The notes below the pieces were generated by a model. That model was not told the origin of the DNA. It searched no databases and saw only the letters and a program-made list of their open reading frames with translations. A DNA stretch of 64,000 nt from Candidatus Eiseniibacteriota bacterium. Lineage in GTDB: Bacteria > Eisenbacteria > RBG-16-71-46 > SZUA-252. The stretch is from positions 6,769-70,768 of the forward strand of contig DASXTQ010000042.1 of NCBI GenBank assembly GCA_036505295.1, written 5' to 3'. Below are positions 26,862 through 36,354 of the stretch, piece by piece. A program made the translations under genes and the position numbers. Numbering within the stretch: position 1 is the first letter of the stretch; the number at the start of each line of letters is the position of its first letter.

Positions 26862-29621
26862 TTACTTGAGAATCGTAATGCCCACCTTCTGTGAGAACCC
26901 ACCGGCATCGATCCGGGCGTAGTAGTGACCCGACGCGACACCGCGACCCGAATCATCCGTTCCGTTCCACACAGCGACGTGTGGCCCCGCCGGCTGATCG
27001 CCGTCCACGAGCTTGCGAACGAGACGGCCGTTCACGTCGTAGATCCGGAGCTTCACTCCGTAGCTCGCTCCACCGCTTCTCGGCAGCACATAGAGGAGCT
27101 TGGCTTGCGGGTTCGCCGGATTCGGTCCTGAGTTCGCGAACGCGAATCCATCCTCTCCAACCAAGCCGCCGATCCGGCCGGCCAGCGCGGGCGCCGCGAT
27201 CACGTTCGCGCTCAGGTTGTAGGTTTGTGGCACTCGTACACGGGGCACGCCGGTCGGAATGAAAAGCGACCCCTGGATATCCGTCACTTCCAGGAAGAAT
27301 TTTCTCGCCGTCTTGCTCTTCCCGGGCCCAGGCGGGGCCGTGAAGGAGATTTTCGGATTGAGCCCGCCGTTCGAGTCGTCGTCGAAGGCGACGAGGTCCC
27401 CGTTCTGGTCGAATAGGAACATCACGAGGTCCTGATCGTTCCTGCCGTCGAGACCCGTCGAGACGGCGCTAGCCTGGATCACATCGCCCGGTTTCGCGTT
27501 GAACAGGAAGTAATCCTGATCGCCCGCGGGCGAATAGGTCTCCGGCCGATTCACCGTCGGAAGGGTGAGCAGCTTCGCTTCCGTGGCATTGGCGCGGCCG
27601 TTGGGCTCATCCGCGTCCGGGTTCAGTCCCGTAATCGTCGTGTTGGACGTCAGGGTCTTGTGCCCTGCGTCGTCCACCGCCTGCACGAACCAGAGCTGGG
27701 TTCCACCCGGGAAGGCCGGAATCGTATCGGTCCTCATCGAGATGTGCTCGGAGGTGCCCGCGCTGCCGTCGGTCTCCAAAAGACCGGACGCGAGCCGGCG
27801 CACGAGGTCTACGTGGTCGGTCGAGCCCGGCGCCATCGGGAACCCGTCGAGCCGCTTATCGGCGGGATTGGAGTAGGTGAACTCGTATTTCGTCGCTCTC
27901 TGGTTCGTGCCCAGGTTCGCGACGGCCACGATCGGGGTCAGATCAGGTGACGCGAGTTGCGCGGTCATGCTGACCGCGACGTTCCGATCGATGAGGGTCC
28001 CGCCGGTCCCCGCCGTGCTGAGGCTGTAGTCGTTCGCGAAGAGCCCGCGCTCCATATCCAAGAAATCCATCCGGAGGAACGGGAAATTCGCCGGGAAGCT
28101 GGGGGGCTGGGCCGGGAACTGGATCGCCCAGAAGAGCACCTTGTCGGGGTCGTTGATGGTGACCCCGATGGGAATCTCGTTGGCGCCGTTCGGGCTCCCG
28201 ACAAAAGGCGCGATCTGGAAGAGCGGCGCCGCTAGGTTCGGGAGACCCGTCGCCGTGTTCAGCTCGCACAGCCGCACGCTCGGGAACGTCGCATCGAGCG
28301 GAGGCAGGCCGAGCTGGGCGTTGAACGTGAACGAGGGGAACGTCACCTTCGTGATCGTGTAGGGGGGCGTGAACGGAAGATCGAACCGTTTCGCCAGGAA
28401 TCCCGTGTTGCGGAAGGTCACAATGTTCTCGAACTGGCCGTACTGCGCGACGTCGACCTGGCCCGGGAACGTGTTCGTGATGAAATTGACCCCGCCGGCG
28501 TCGGAGCCGGAGCTCACGTTCACCGGGGTCGATTCGAACGCATGGTCCGTGAAGCCGTTGCCACCTTCGCTTGCACCGTTCCAGTACTCGACCTCGAAGT
28601 TGATGTCGATCCCGTTGAAGATCCCGCCGATGTTCGGATCGGCGGCGATCGTGTGAATCCCATCGAGTGGAACAATGCGGACGTCATAGGTGCCCGGCGG
28701 GAGACCGTGGATCGTGTATTCACCCTGTCCGTTCCGGACCGTCAGCTCGCCTGAGATCGCGCTGATGGAGTTGAGAGGATCCTGCAACGGACCCGGGGTG
28801 CCGGCGACCAGTGCCTCGACGTGCGCGCCGAAGACGGCCGAGGCGTCGAAGCCGCTCACGACCGTGCCGCTGATCGTTCCGGTCGTCGCCGCGAAATCAG
28901 CCGCACCGGGAGAAAGCCCACCTGGCCGGGAGGCGGATTCAGGGTAGATGGTCGAGTTGCCGGCCATATCGTCCAGCTCGAGAGTGCGCTGCCGCGTATC
29001 GCCGATGATGAACGGAATCATCGTCGCGTTCGCAATGCTCGTGTGGTCGAGACCGAAATAGTGGCCGTATTCGTGTGTGACGACCGACTGAAGATCCACG
29101 CTCGACTGGCCGGGAGGAGCCGGCGTGAGGTTCGGCGAGGACGTGGAGCAGAAGAAATCCCGGTCGTTGAACACCATGTCGGCGTCGAGCGTATGGCCGT
29201 CCGCCAGATCGATCGTGGAACGGACGAACGCGATCACCGTGCCGCCCGGCGCGAAATTCACGCCCGCGGTATCGAAGATCATGCTGTTCTGGCCGTCATT
29301 GGCATCGAGCGCGGGGGTGACCTGTCCCGGGGCCCCCGTGTATTCGACAGGGTTCACCGTGAAGAAGGATGTATTGATGTTCTCCCACGTTTCCGCGGAT
29401 GCCTGCACGACCGAAAGCGCTGTCGCCGATGGAATGTCGGCGTTGGTCGGGTTGATGACGCTCAGAAGCGGGAGCGAGGATTCGAGCCAATGAGCCTGGA
29501 CAATGCCGGTGTTCCCCTGGCGGGTCAGGCGGATGAACGCAGAAGCAGGACTGACCAGCGTGAGCGCGAAAACGAAAGCGCCGAGCGCGGCCAGGGCGAT
29601 ACGAATTCGATGCGATTTCAT
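26862..29621 (-). CDS. Secreted metzincin zinc metalloprotease with PPC (pre-peptidase C-terminal) and FlgD-Ig-like C-terminal domains
   Basis: Signal peptide. HEYGHYFGLDH (HExxHxxGxxH) zinc site. DQDYFLFNAKPGDVI PPC-like domain. C-terminal ...DVNGRLVRKLVDG...GHYYARIDAGG sorting-type domain. Confidence 0.8.
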   Translation of the reverse strand: MKSHRIRIALAALGAFVFALTLVSPASAFIRLTRQGNTGIVQAHWLESSLPLLSVINPTNADIPSATALSVVQASAETWENINTSFFTVNPVEYTGAPGQVTPALDANDGQNSMIFDTAGVNFAPGGTVIAFVRSTIDLADGHTLDADMVFNDRDFFCSTSSPNLTPAPPGQSSVDLQSVVTHEYGHYFGLDHTSIANATMIPFIIGDTRQRTLELDDMAGNSTIYPESASRPGGLSPGAADFAATTGTISGTVVSGFDASAVFGAHVEALVAGTPGPLQDPLNSISAISGELTVRNGQGEYTIHGLPPGTYDVRIVPLDGIHTIAADPNIGGIFNGIDINFEVEYWNGASEGGNGFTDHAFESTPVNVSSGSDAGGVNFITNTFPGQVDVAQYGQFENIVTFRNTGFLAKRFDLPFTPPYTITKVTFPSFTFNAQLGLPPLDATFPSVRLCELNTATGLPNLAAPLFQIAPFVGSPNGANEIPIGVTINDPDKVLFWAIQFPAQPPSFPANFPFLRMDFLDMERGLFANDYSLSTAGTGGTLIDRNVAVSMTAQLASPDLTPIVAVANLGTNQRATKYEFTYSNPADKRLDGFPMAPGSTDHVDLVRRLASGLLETDGSAGTSEHISMRTDTIPAFPGGTQLWFVQAVDDAGHKTLTSNTTITGLNPDADEPNGRANATEAKLLTLPTVNRPETYSPAGDQDYFLFNAKPGDVIQASAVSTGLDGRNDQDLVMFLFDQNGDLVAFDDDSNGGLNPKISFTAPPGPGKSKTARKFFLEVTDIQGSLFIPTGVPRVRVPQTYNLSANVIAAPALAGRIGGLVGEDGFAFANSGPNPANPQAKLLYVLPRSGGASYGVKLRIYDVNGRLVRKLVDGDQPAGPHVAVWNGTDDSGRGVASGHYYARIDAGGFSQKVGITILK

Positions 29622-29637
29622 GGTCTATCGTCCTCCG

Positions 29638-30237
29638 CTACTCGGTTGGGGGGTTGGGGTCGACCTGGATCTTCCCATCGGAATCCAGGCTCGTCTTGAT
29701 GCCGTCGAGGAACGCGTTCAACGGCATGTCCGGCGCCGTCGTCGCTTCGACATGGCCGCCGCTCTTCGTGAGGAACTCGGTGCCGGCGAGGTCGTTGCGG
29801 ACCATCTTCACGCCGTTCTTGGCGGTCATGACCGAGTACTTGCCCTGCTGGAGTCCCATCACCCACGGATAGCCCGCCGCATCCTTCTGGGTCAGGAATA
29901 CGACGACTTCCTCGCCCTTGCGGAAGCTCGGCATCCCGGGAACCACGGAGGCGATGTTGCCCACCGTGCCACCGATCTGACGAAGCGTGATCGTCGTGGT
30001 GCCCTTCGAGCCTTTCACGGGCTGGAGCACGCTCAGCGTGAAGTAGGTGTAGATCTCCTTGTGGGCGGCGTCCCAGCTCGAGACCGCGTCATCGACGCGC
30101 GCCATGACGATGGACTCCGATTTCTTGGTGAGTTCTTGGAGGGTGAGCTTCTGGACCGTGGTGGCGAAGGCCACCTGCGCGCCAACGAGCGCCAGCGCGG
30201 CGATTGCAATGACCAGGAAGAGTCCAAATCGATTCAT
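29638..30237 (-). CDS. Secreted hypothetical protein (first gene of protease operon)
   Basis: AGGAGA RBS. Start MNRFGLFLVIAIAALALVGAQVAFA signal peptide. Sits 16 bp upstream of the metalloprotease gene. Confidence 0.6.
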   Translation of the reverse strand: MNRFGLFLVIAIAALALVGAQVAFATTVQKLTLQELTKKSESIVMARVDDAVSSWDAAHKEIYTYFTLSVLQPVKGSKGTTTITLRQIGGTVGNIASVVPGMPSFRKGEEVVVFLTQKDAAGYPWVMGLQQGKYSVMTAKNGVKMVRNDLAGTEFLTKSGGHVEATTAPDMPLNAFLDGIKTSLDSDGKIQVDPNPPTE

Positions 30238-30570
30238 CGCCTGTTCTCCTGACGTGAGGATCTGCTTCGGCGGCCCCGATGGGTCGCGTGACACGTGAGA
30301 TGAGGCGTGACTGCGGCAAAAACGTGGAGTGGGGTCTTATCCGGCGATCACCTCCCCGCGGATCCAAAATGGATCCTGTTGCTGGAACGCCATGAAGTTT
30401 GGAAGCGAAGCGGTGGTCGCGGATCGGCAGGAGCTGCCGTGGGACTCGCGCGCTGTATGCCCCCGAAGTGGGCGGAATTATATCAAATGTCTTGAGTTAT
30501 GTCAACGTAGAGCGACGCGCTTTCCGTCACCTGGTGGGACATTTTGGACAGAAATGTCCCTGACCGACAG

Positions 30571-31503
30571 TCAGAGTGGCCACGATTGCAGACTTAGGTG
30601 TGTGGACTTTTCACCCTGTATCGCGAGGACATCGAGATTGTTGGCAAGGGTTTCGGGCGCGATGTAACCCATCCCCAGCCCTTCGCCGCTCCCCGGCTCC
30701 AAAGCTGTGCTGGTAACGTGGCCCGCGGCGATCCCACCGGACCGAAGCTCCGTCCCTTTCGGGATCGGCTCGCCGGACCATGGGAAGCGGAAGCCGACCC
30801 GCTGCCGTCGCACATGACCCCGATGTGTCGTGCGCGCCACCACTTCCTGCCCCACGTAACAACCTTTCGTGATCGATATGGCTTCCGGCAGGGCGAGCTC
30901 GGTGGCGATGCGATCCAGGTCGAGATCGACTCCTTGGAGCGGGAGGCCGACGCGGATCCGCCACGCCTGGAACGCAGCGGGATCGACCGAAGCCGGAATC
31001 GAGGCTTCGTCCGACTCGGCAGGAACCAACACGAAGGAGAGCGGCTCGGCATGGATCGCCAAAGCACCGGGGATCTTCGAGGCCACCGCATTGGCGAGAG
31101 GATCGCGCTCCGGCCCGGCGACACCGAGGAGTCGCGGCGCACCATCAGGACCCTCGAACTCGACGTCCTCCATGATGCGAAATCGCTCGAGGTGGGGCCT
31201 GAGACCTGCGTGGGCTCCTTCATCCGCGATGATCGTTGCCGAGCTTGAATCCGCGGCGAACGCGATCCATGCGAGCGCGACCGGGCGACCCTTCTCGGTG
31301 AGGAAGAGCGTTTGGGCCGCCGCTGCCGGCTCCGAGGCCGCCGCGAAATCCTGCGTCGCGGTTCCCTGCAAGAATTCGCGGGATTCGGGACCCCTGACCC
31401 GGATCACGGTCCACCGGCCGAGATCGACGACGGCGGCCGCCTCCTTGAGGGCGCGATACTCCTCCGTCAGCCGCTCAACCGAAGATGTGGCCGGACGCGT
31501 CAT
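30571..31503 (-). CDS. ygfZ: YgfZ/GcvT-family folate-binding Fe-S cluster repair protein
   Basis: Signature K-G-C-Y-V-G-Q-E motif (ITKGCYVGQEVVAR). Confidence 0.8.
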   Translation of the reverse strand: MTRPATSSVERLTEEYRALKEAAAVVDLGRWTVIRVRGPESREFLQGTATQDFAAASEPAAAAQTLFLTEKGRPVALAWIAFAADSSSATIIADEGAHAGLRPHLERFRIMEDVEFEGPDGAPRLLGVAGPERDPLANAVASKIPGALAIHAEPLSFVLVPAESDEASIPASVDPAAFQAWRIRVGLPLQGVDLDLDRIATELALPEAISITKGCYVGQEVVARTTHRGHVRRQRVGFRFPWSGEPIPKGTELRSGGIAAGHVTSTALEPGSGEGLGMGYIAPETLANNLDVLAIQGEKSTHLSLQSWPL

Positions 31504-31622
31504 GCTCCGACGATAGCACCACCCAGGGCGGGGCCGAAAAATCTTCTTGACGGCGTGGGCGCTTCTATCGTAGATTGACGATTAACGATTTTGCTGCGGT
31601 TCCTCTCCAGGAGGCGGTTCTT

Positions 31623-31970
31623 ATGGTCGATCGCATTGGTTTTTCGAAACGTCCTGCTTCGCCGCGGGGACGCCGTGTCCCTGCGAAGGGGGACGATGAT
31701 CTCGCGAGCCTCGCGTGGGGGCTCGCGCATCCCGCTCGGGCTGCGATCCTCCGTCTTCTGCTCGAGCGTGGGGAGTGTATCTGCGGAGCGATCGTCGACT
31801 CGATGCCGCTCGCGCAGGCGACGGTCTCGCAGCACCTCAAGGTGCTCAAGGAGACCGGATGGATTGAGGGGGAAATCGACGGGCCGCGGGTTTGCTACTG
31901 CCCGACGGCGGACGCGATGGCGCGGTTCAAGCAGTTACTGCAAAGCCTGGAGTCAGGCGAACGGAGGTAA
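31623..31970 (+). CDS. arsR: ArsR/SmtB-family metalloregulatory transcriptional repressor
   Basis: Winged HTH ([29 protein letters not shown]). Start at MVDRIG with GGAGG RBS. The ORF's TTG at 31575 is an alternative start. Confidence 0.8.
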   Translation: MVDRIGFSKRPASPRGRRVPAKGDDDLASLAWGLAHPARAAILRLLLERGECICGAIVDSMPLAQATVSQHLKVLKETGWIEGEIDGPRVCYCPTADAMARFKQLLQSLESGERR

Positions 31971-31975
31971 ATGCG

Positions 31976-32749
31976 ATGGAAGCTAGAAGCGATGTTCGAA
32001 CAGCGGTTCGAGGACGATACGGGGCGATCGCGGAGGGTAAGGCGGGATGCTGCGGCTCGAGCGGGTCGGAATGCTGCGGCGGAACGGTCACCAGCGGGCT
32101 TGCCGAGCTGGGATACAGCGCGGCTGACGCGGCCGCGATACCGGAAGGCGCGAACTTGGGCCTGGGATGCGGAAACCCGATCGCGCTGGCGGAGGTAAGG
32201 CACGGCGAGACCGTGCTCGATCTCGGGTCGGGCGCGGGGGTCGACGCCTTCCTGGCGGCACGCGAGGTCGGACCGGAGGGGCACGTCATTGGCGTGGACA
32301 TGACGCCTGCGATGATCGACCGGGCCCGGGAAAACGCGGCCAAGGGAGACTACTCGAACGTCGAGTTCCGTCTCGGCGAAATCGAGCATCTGCCGGTGCC
32401 GGACGCGTCGGTCGATGTCATCGTGTCGAATTGCGTCGTGAACCTCTCCCCCGAGAAAGACCGCGTCTTCCGCGAGGCGTTTCGGGCGTTGAAACCGGGT
32501 GGGCGCATGCTGGTGAGCGACCTCGTTCTGGAGAAACCGCTTCCGGAGGAGACGCGCGAGTCGATCGAGGCCTACGTCGGCTGCATCGCGGGAGCCTCAC
32601 TCAAGGAGGACTATCTGCGTCTCATCCGCGAGGCCGGGTTTCAGGACGTCAAGATCCTGCGCGAGGGACGCTACGGGACTGAGCCGGTCACCTCAGTCCA
32701 GGTGCGCGGGGTGAAGACGCTGGGGCCGGACGCCGCGCCGGCGCGGTGA
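31976..32749 (+). CDS. arsM: Arsenite S-adenosylmethionine methyltransferase
   Basis: GGAGG RBS. SAM motif VLDLGSGAGVD. Conserved ArsM cysteines (GCCG..., CGNP, CV). Confidence 0.8.
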   Translation: MEARSDVRTAVRGRYGAIAEGKAGCCGSSGSECCGGTVTSGLAELGYSAADAAAIPEGANLGLGCGNPIALAEVRHGETVLDLGSGAGVDAFLAAREVGPEGHVIGVDMTPAMIDRARENAAKGDYSNVEFRLGEIEHLPVPDASVDVIVSNCVVNLSPEKDRVFREAFRALKPGGRMLVSDLVLEKPLPEETRESIEAYVGCIAGASLKEDYLRLIREAGFQDVKILREGRYGTEPVTSVQVRGVKTLGPDAAPAR

Positions 32750-32755
32750 GGCCAC

Positions 32756-33340
32756 CTACTCGCGGATGACCGCCTCCCCGGCGGCGTCGTAGCTCAAGAC
32801 GGCATGAATCGGGAGGGTCGAGCCCAACTTGGCCCTCCCGCCCAGGAACGCGATCTCCACGACGAACGCGAATCCGGCCGGCTTGCAGCCCAGCGTTTGG
32901 AGCAGCGCCAGCGAGGCGAGCGCGGTGCCGCCCGTCGCAATCACGTCATCGGCGATCAGGACGCGCGTCCCGGGCGCGAAAAGCCCGTGGTGCGTTTCGA
33001 TCGACGCGTTCCCGTACTCGAGCGTGAACTCCTCGCGCGCGGCCGATCCCGGGAGCTTCCCCGGCTTTCGCGCCAGCATGAGGCCCGCGCGCCACCGCGC
33101 CGCGAGCCCCGCCGCGACGAGAAACCCCCGCGCCTCGATCCCGAGAACGGCTTCGGGTGGAGCCTTGTCGAATGGGCGAGCGAGCGCGTCGAGCGCGCGC
33201 GCCCACGCCGCGCCGTCCGCCCAGAGCGGCGTCAGATCGCGGAAGAGAACGCCGCGCTGCGGGAAATCGGGGACAGCGCGTACCCACGCCGAGAGGGGCG
33301 CGTCGGGTGACGAAGGTTTCCTGAATCGAGACTCGGACGT
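32756..33340 (-). CDS. apt: Adenine phosphoribosyltransferase, lacking a canonical start codon (possible pseudogene or ACG/sequencing-error start)
   Basis: Frame open from anti-sigma stop (33347) with full APRT conservation (VPDFPQRGVLFRDLTP...GIEARGF...RKPGKLPG...VLIADDVIATGGT). Only in-frame ATG is internal (33079). An ACG at 33338-33340 sits where a start is expected. Confidence 0.55.
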   Translation of the reverse strand, partial: TSESRFRKPSSPDAPLSAWVRAVPDFPQRGVLFRDLTPLWADGAAWARALDALARPFDKAPPEAVLGIEARGFLVAAGLAARWRAGLMLARKPGKLPGSAAREEFTLEYGNASIETHHGLFAPGTRVLIADDVIATGGTALASLALLQTLGCKPAGFAFVVEIAFLGGRAKLGSTLPIHAVLSYDAAGEAVIRE

Positions 33341-33346
33341 GGGGGC

Positions 33347-34162
33347 CTATCCTCCCAAGGACCCGATCATGACGATCGGGCCGGTCGGCTCGTTCCGGGT
33401 AGGCGCCCCGCCCTGGGGCTCGAGAGAGATCGCGAACGCGGTCAGACCGGCCGGATCACCGATGTCTTCGATGCGGAGCACGGCGCGTCCGCTCGGATCG
33501 GGGCGAATGAGCCCGAGCGACACCGGCGTATTGCCGCGGAGAGCCCAAAGCTCGTAGTCGCGTCCGCTCGGAGCCTTGAAGTTCTGGAACACAAGGATCG
33601 CGCGGTGCGTTTCGGGATCCACCGTCGCGCGTGCGCGAAGCTCGGCCTCCCCGGCCGGTGTGAGCGAGAAGGAAGCGGTCCGGGCACCGGGCGAGGCCAG
33701 CACCGCGGCCCAACGCCGCTCGGCGTCGAGATCGCGCGTGAGGTTCTGGACCTGGTCGCGGGCGCGGTTCAAATCCTTCCTCAGGCGGGTCGTCGTCGTG
33801 AGAAGGATTCCCGTCGCGAGAAGGAAGCAGGCCGCCAGCGCCCAACCCAACTGGGGCGGCGGCGCCCACCGTTTCTTCGTCGGAAGGATCCGCCCATCCT
33901 TCGAGCGCCCGCCCTCCGCACCCGCATCGGCGCGCACCGCGGCGAGCACCCTCGCTTTGATCGCGGGGCTGGGCAGCGCCGGGGGGGCCGAGGCCGCAAG
34001 GAGCACCGCGCTACCGCCGAAATCGCGGAGCGCGCCCTCGCAGACGGGGCACGCTTCGCCGAGGTGCGCCTCGAGCCGGCTCCGGTCGGCCTCGTCGAGG
34101 CACCCGAGCACGTACGCCGCGCAAAGATCGAGATGCTCGTCGCGATGTTGGCTCACGCCCAC
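33347..34162 (-). CDS. Anti-sigma factor (zinc-finger anti-sigma N-domain + RskA-like C-terminal domain)
   Basis: N-terminal H-x3-C ... C-P-V-C zinc motif. Central TM segment. C-terminal anti-sigma-K/RskA-like domain. Overlaps the ECF sigma gene by 10 bp. Confidence 0.75.
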   Translation of the reverse strand: MGVSQHRDEHLDLCAAYVLGCLDEADRSRLEAHLGEACPVCEGALRDFGGSAVLLAASAPPALPSPAIKARVLAAVRADAGAEGGRSKDGRILPTKKRWAPPPQLGWALAACFLLATGILLTTTTRLRKDLNRARDQVQNLTRDLDAERRWAAVLASPGARTASFSLTPAGEAELRARATVDPETHRAILVFQNFKAPSGRDYELWALRGNTPVSLGLIRPDPSGRAVLRIEDIGDPAGLTAFAISLEPQGGAPTRNEPTGPIVMIGSLGG

Positions 34163-34710
34163 TCCTCGTGCGGTAGAAGCTCACGCAGCCTCGTGAGAGC
34201 CTGCCGCGTCCACGATTTCACGGTGCCGAGCGGCGCGCCGAGCCGCGCGGCGATCTCCATCTGGGAAAGTCCGTCGAAGTAGGCGCTCTCGAGCACGCGG
34301 CGGTGCTGCGGCTCGAGGGAGCCCAGCGCAATCCGGACGCGCTGGCCAATCTCGTTTCGCGCCGGGCGCGAAGAGGGATCCTCCGCCGGTTGAGGAAGAC
34401 TGGTTTCGGCCTGAGCCTCGGCGCGTTTGCGCGAAGCGGCGCTCCGATAGCGGTCGAGCGCCCGCGTGCGCGCCACGGTCAATAGCCAGCCCGCCACGGG
34501 ACCCCGCCGGCCGTCGTATGTCGATGCGGTCCGCCATACCTTGACCCAGGCTTCCTGCAGGGCGTCCTCCGCCTCGGCGCGCGAGCGCAGGATCCGCAGT
34601 ATCACCGGATAGATCAGCGGCGTGTACCGGTCGTAAAGCTCCTCCAGCGCGCGCGAATCGCCGGCGATCAAACGCCTGATGCTTGCGACGTCCTGCTCCT
34701 GCCGAGTCAT
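34153..34710 (-). CDS. ECF-subfamily RNA polymerase sigma-70 factor
   Basis: Region 2 (YDRYTPLIYPVILRIL...DALQEAWVKVW) and region 4 (DGLSQMEIAARLGAPLGTVKSW) motifs. Confidence 0.85.
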   Translation of the reverse strand: MTRQEQDVASIRRLIAGDSRALEELYDRYTPLIYPVILRILRSRAEAEDALQEAWVKVWRTASTYDGRRGPVAGWLLTVARTRALDRYRSAASRKRAEAQAETSLPQPAEDPSSRPARNEIGQRVRIALGSLEPQHRRVLESAYFDGLSQMEIAARLGAPLGTVKSWTRQALTRLRELLPHEEWA

Positions 34711-34842
34711 GGCCGGGGTTGAGCCTCGCGCGGATCGGGTCCCATTCTTCTCTTATACGTAGCTCGTGGGGGGATGGACCAGGGCCGCGGTGAAAGATAA
34801 GCCCCGGGCGGGCTTAGGGCAACGACATGGTATTCTTCTGCC

Positions 34843-36156
34843 ATGCGGAAGAAGCGGCTCCTGATCCTGGGCGGGGGATTCGCCGGCCTCGACATCGCCC
34901 GCTCCATCGGCAAGTCCCGGGCGGCCCGCGACCACTGGGACACGCTGCTCATCGACAAGGAGAACTTCTTTCAGTTCAACCCTCTCCTTCCCGCCGTCGC
35001 CGTGGGAGCCGTGGAGACACGGCACATCGTCTATCCGCTGCGCGACATGGCGCGACATCGTCAAATCCGATTCATCAAGAACAAAGCCACGCACATCGAC
35101 CTCACGCGGCGCGAGGTCCTGCTGCACAACAACCTCGTCATGCCGTACGACACGCTCGTCATCGCGGTCGGGAGCGTCACGAATTACTACAACGTCCCCG
35201 GAGCCCAGGAGCACACTCGCCCGTTCAAGACGATCGTGGACGCGATGTACCTTCGGGCGCGCGTCGTGGAGCTTTTTGAGATGGCCGAGCAGGCGGAGAC
35301 GGCGGAGCAGCGGGGGAAGCTACTATCCTTCGTGATCGTGGGAGGGGGTGTCACCGGCGTCGAGGTCGCGGCCGAGCTGATGGACATGGCACGCGACACC
35401 CTCCTTCCCAAGTACCCGCACCTCCATCGAAACGATCTCTCGGTAACGATCATCGAAGGGGGCGATCGCATCATCCCCGCGGCGCGGCCCGAGCACTCGG
35501 CCTACGTCTATCGCTTTCTCGTGCGCCGTGGGGTGCGGATGCTCATCGGGCGTCCGGCGGCCCGCGTGGAGCCCAAGGGCGTCCACCTCGCCGACGGAAG
35601 CAAGGTCGAGGGGTTCACGATCATCTGGACTGCGGGCGTCCGTCCTCCAGATCTCGTCACCGGCCTGCCGGTCCTCCACATCAAGGATGGCCGCGTTCGT
35701 GTAGACGACTACCTTCGGGCGCTCGATCCGGAGGGAAAACCGATCGAAGATGTGTTCGTGGCGGGGGACTGCGCGGCCTCACTACGCCCCGATGGCACCT
35801 ACCAACCAGCGTTGTCGCAAACGGGGGTTGCAATGGGGACCTACATCGGAGGGTCGCTCGTCAAGCGCGCCAAGGGAACGCCTGTGACGCCCTTCCGGTT
35901 CAAGCCGGCCGGCTACATCATCTCGCTCGGAAAGCACAGCTCCGTGCTGGAGCTGTTCGGGGTGCCGCTCTCGGGGAAGCTCGCATGGCTCATGTGGGCG
36001 GCGGCTTACCTGATCAAAATGGTCGGGTTTCGAAAGCAGCTGGAGGTGGGAATCGATCACCTCACGCATCTGATTTTTGAGCATGACTCGTCCCAGATCT
36101 TGAACCGGAGGCAGATCCTCTCCGATGAGGAGCTGAATCTTTCGCTGGGGCGGTAA
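34843..36156 (+). CDS. ndh: Type II NADH:quinone oxidoreductase (NDH-2) / FAD-dependent pyridine nucleotide-disulfide oxidoreductase
   Basis: Two Rossmann motifs (LILGGGFAG, FVIVGGGVTGVE) and overall NDH-2 architecture. Confidence 0.75.
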   Translation: MRKKRLLILGGGFAGLDIARSIGKSRAARDHWDTLLIDKENFFQFNPLLPAVAVGAVETRHIVYPLRDMARHRQIRFIKNKATHIDLTRREVLLHNNLVMPYDTLVIAVGSVTNYYNVPGAQEHTRPFKTIVDAMYLRARVVELFEMAEQAETAEQRGKLLSFVIVGGGVTGVEVAAELMDMARDTLLPKYPHLHRNDLSVTIIEGGDRIIPAARPEHSAYVYRFLVRRGVRMLIGRPAARVEPKGVHLADGSKVEGFTIIWTAGVRPPDLVTGLPVLHIKDGRVRVDDYLRALDPEGKPIEDVFVAGDCAASLRPDGTYQPALSQTGVAMGTYIGGSLVKRAKGTPVTPFRFKPAGYIISLGKHSSVLELFGVPLSGKLAWLMWAAAYLIKMVGFRKQLEVGIDHLTHLIFEHDSSQILNRRQILSDEELNLSLGR

Positions 36157-36354
36157 AAACCGAGCCGGCTGAGGAAGGAAGGCCTCCAGAAGGAGGCCAG
36201 GTTGTGTCACGACGGTGCGGTTCCAGGCGTATACTGGTAATCGGATACGCTGCCCGAACCGGGGACATGGACCTGGCGCGCGCCCGATGTGTTTGTGGAG
36301 GTAGAGGGTTTTTCGGGCAGCACGTGCGACAACCCATCCAGGAAGGAGTCTTAC

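Noticed and set aside
30238-30570. Searched the promoter region of the secreted protease operon for a sigma54 element
   Set aside because: Only a TGGAT-N4-TTGC with wrong spacing was seen, so it was not reported as a promoter.
32804-33557. Plus-strand ORFs 32804-33310 and 32829-33557, and minus ORF 32946-33287
   Set aside because: They overlap the apt coding frame, which has unmistakable APRT conservation. Their translations lack any recognisable family.
34711-34842. Candidate ECF-type promoter GGTCC-N16-CGTAT upstream of the sigma factor gene
   Set aside because: Match to the GGAAC/CGTC-type ECF consensus is weak. It is mentioned only in a finding and not annotated as a feature.
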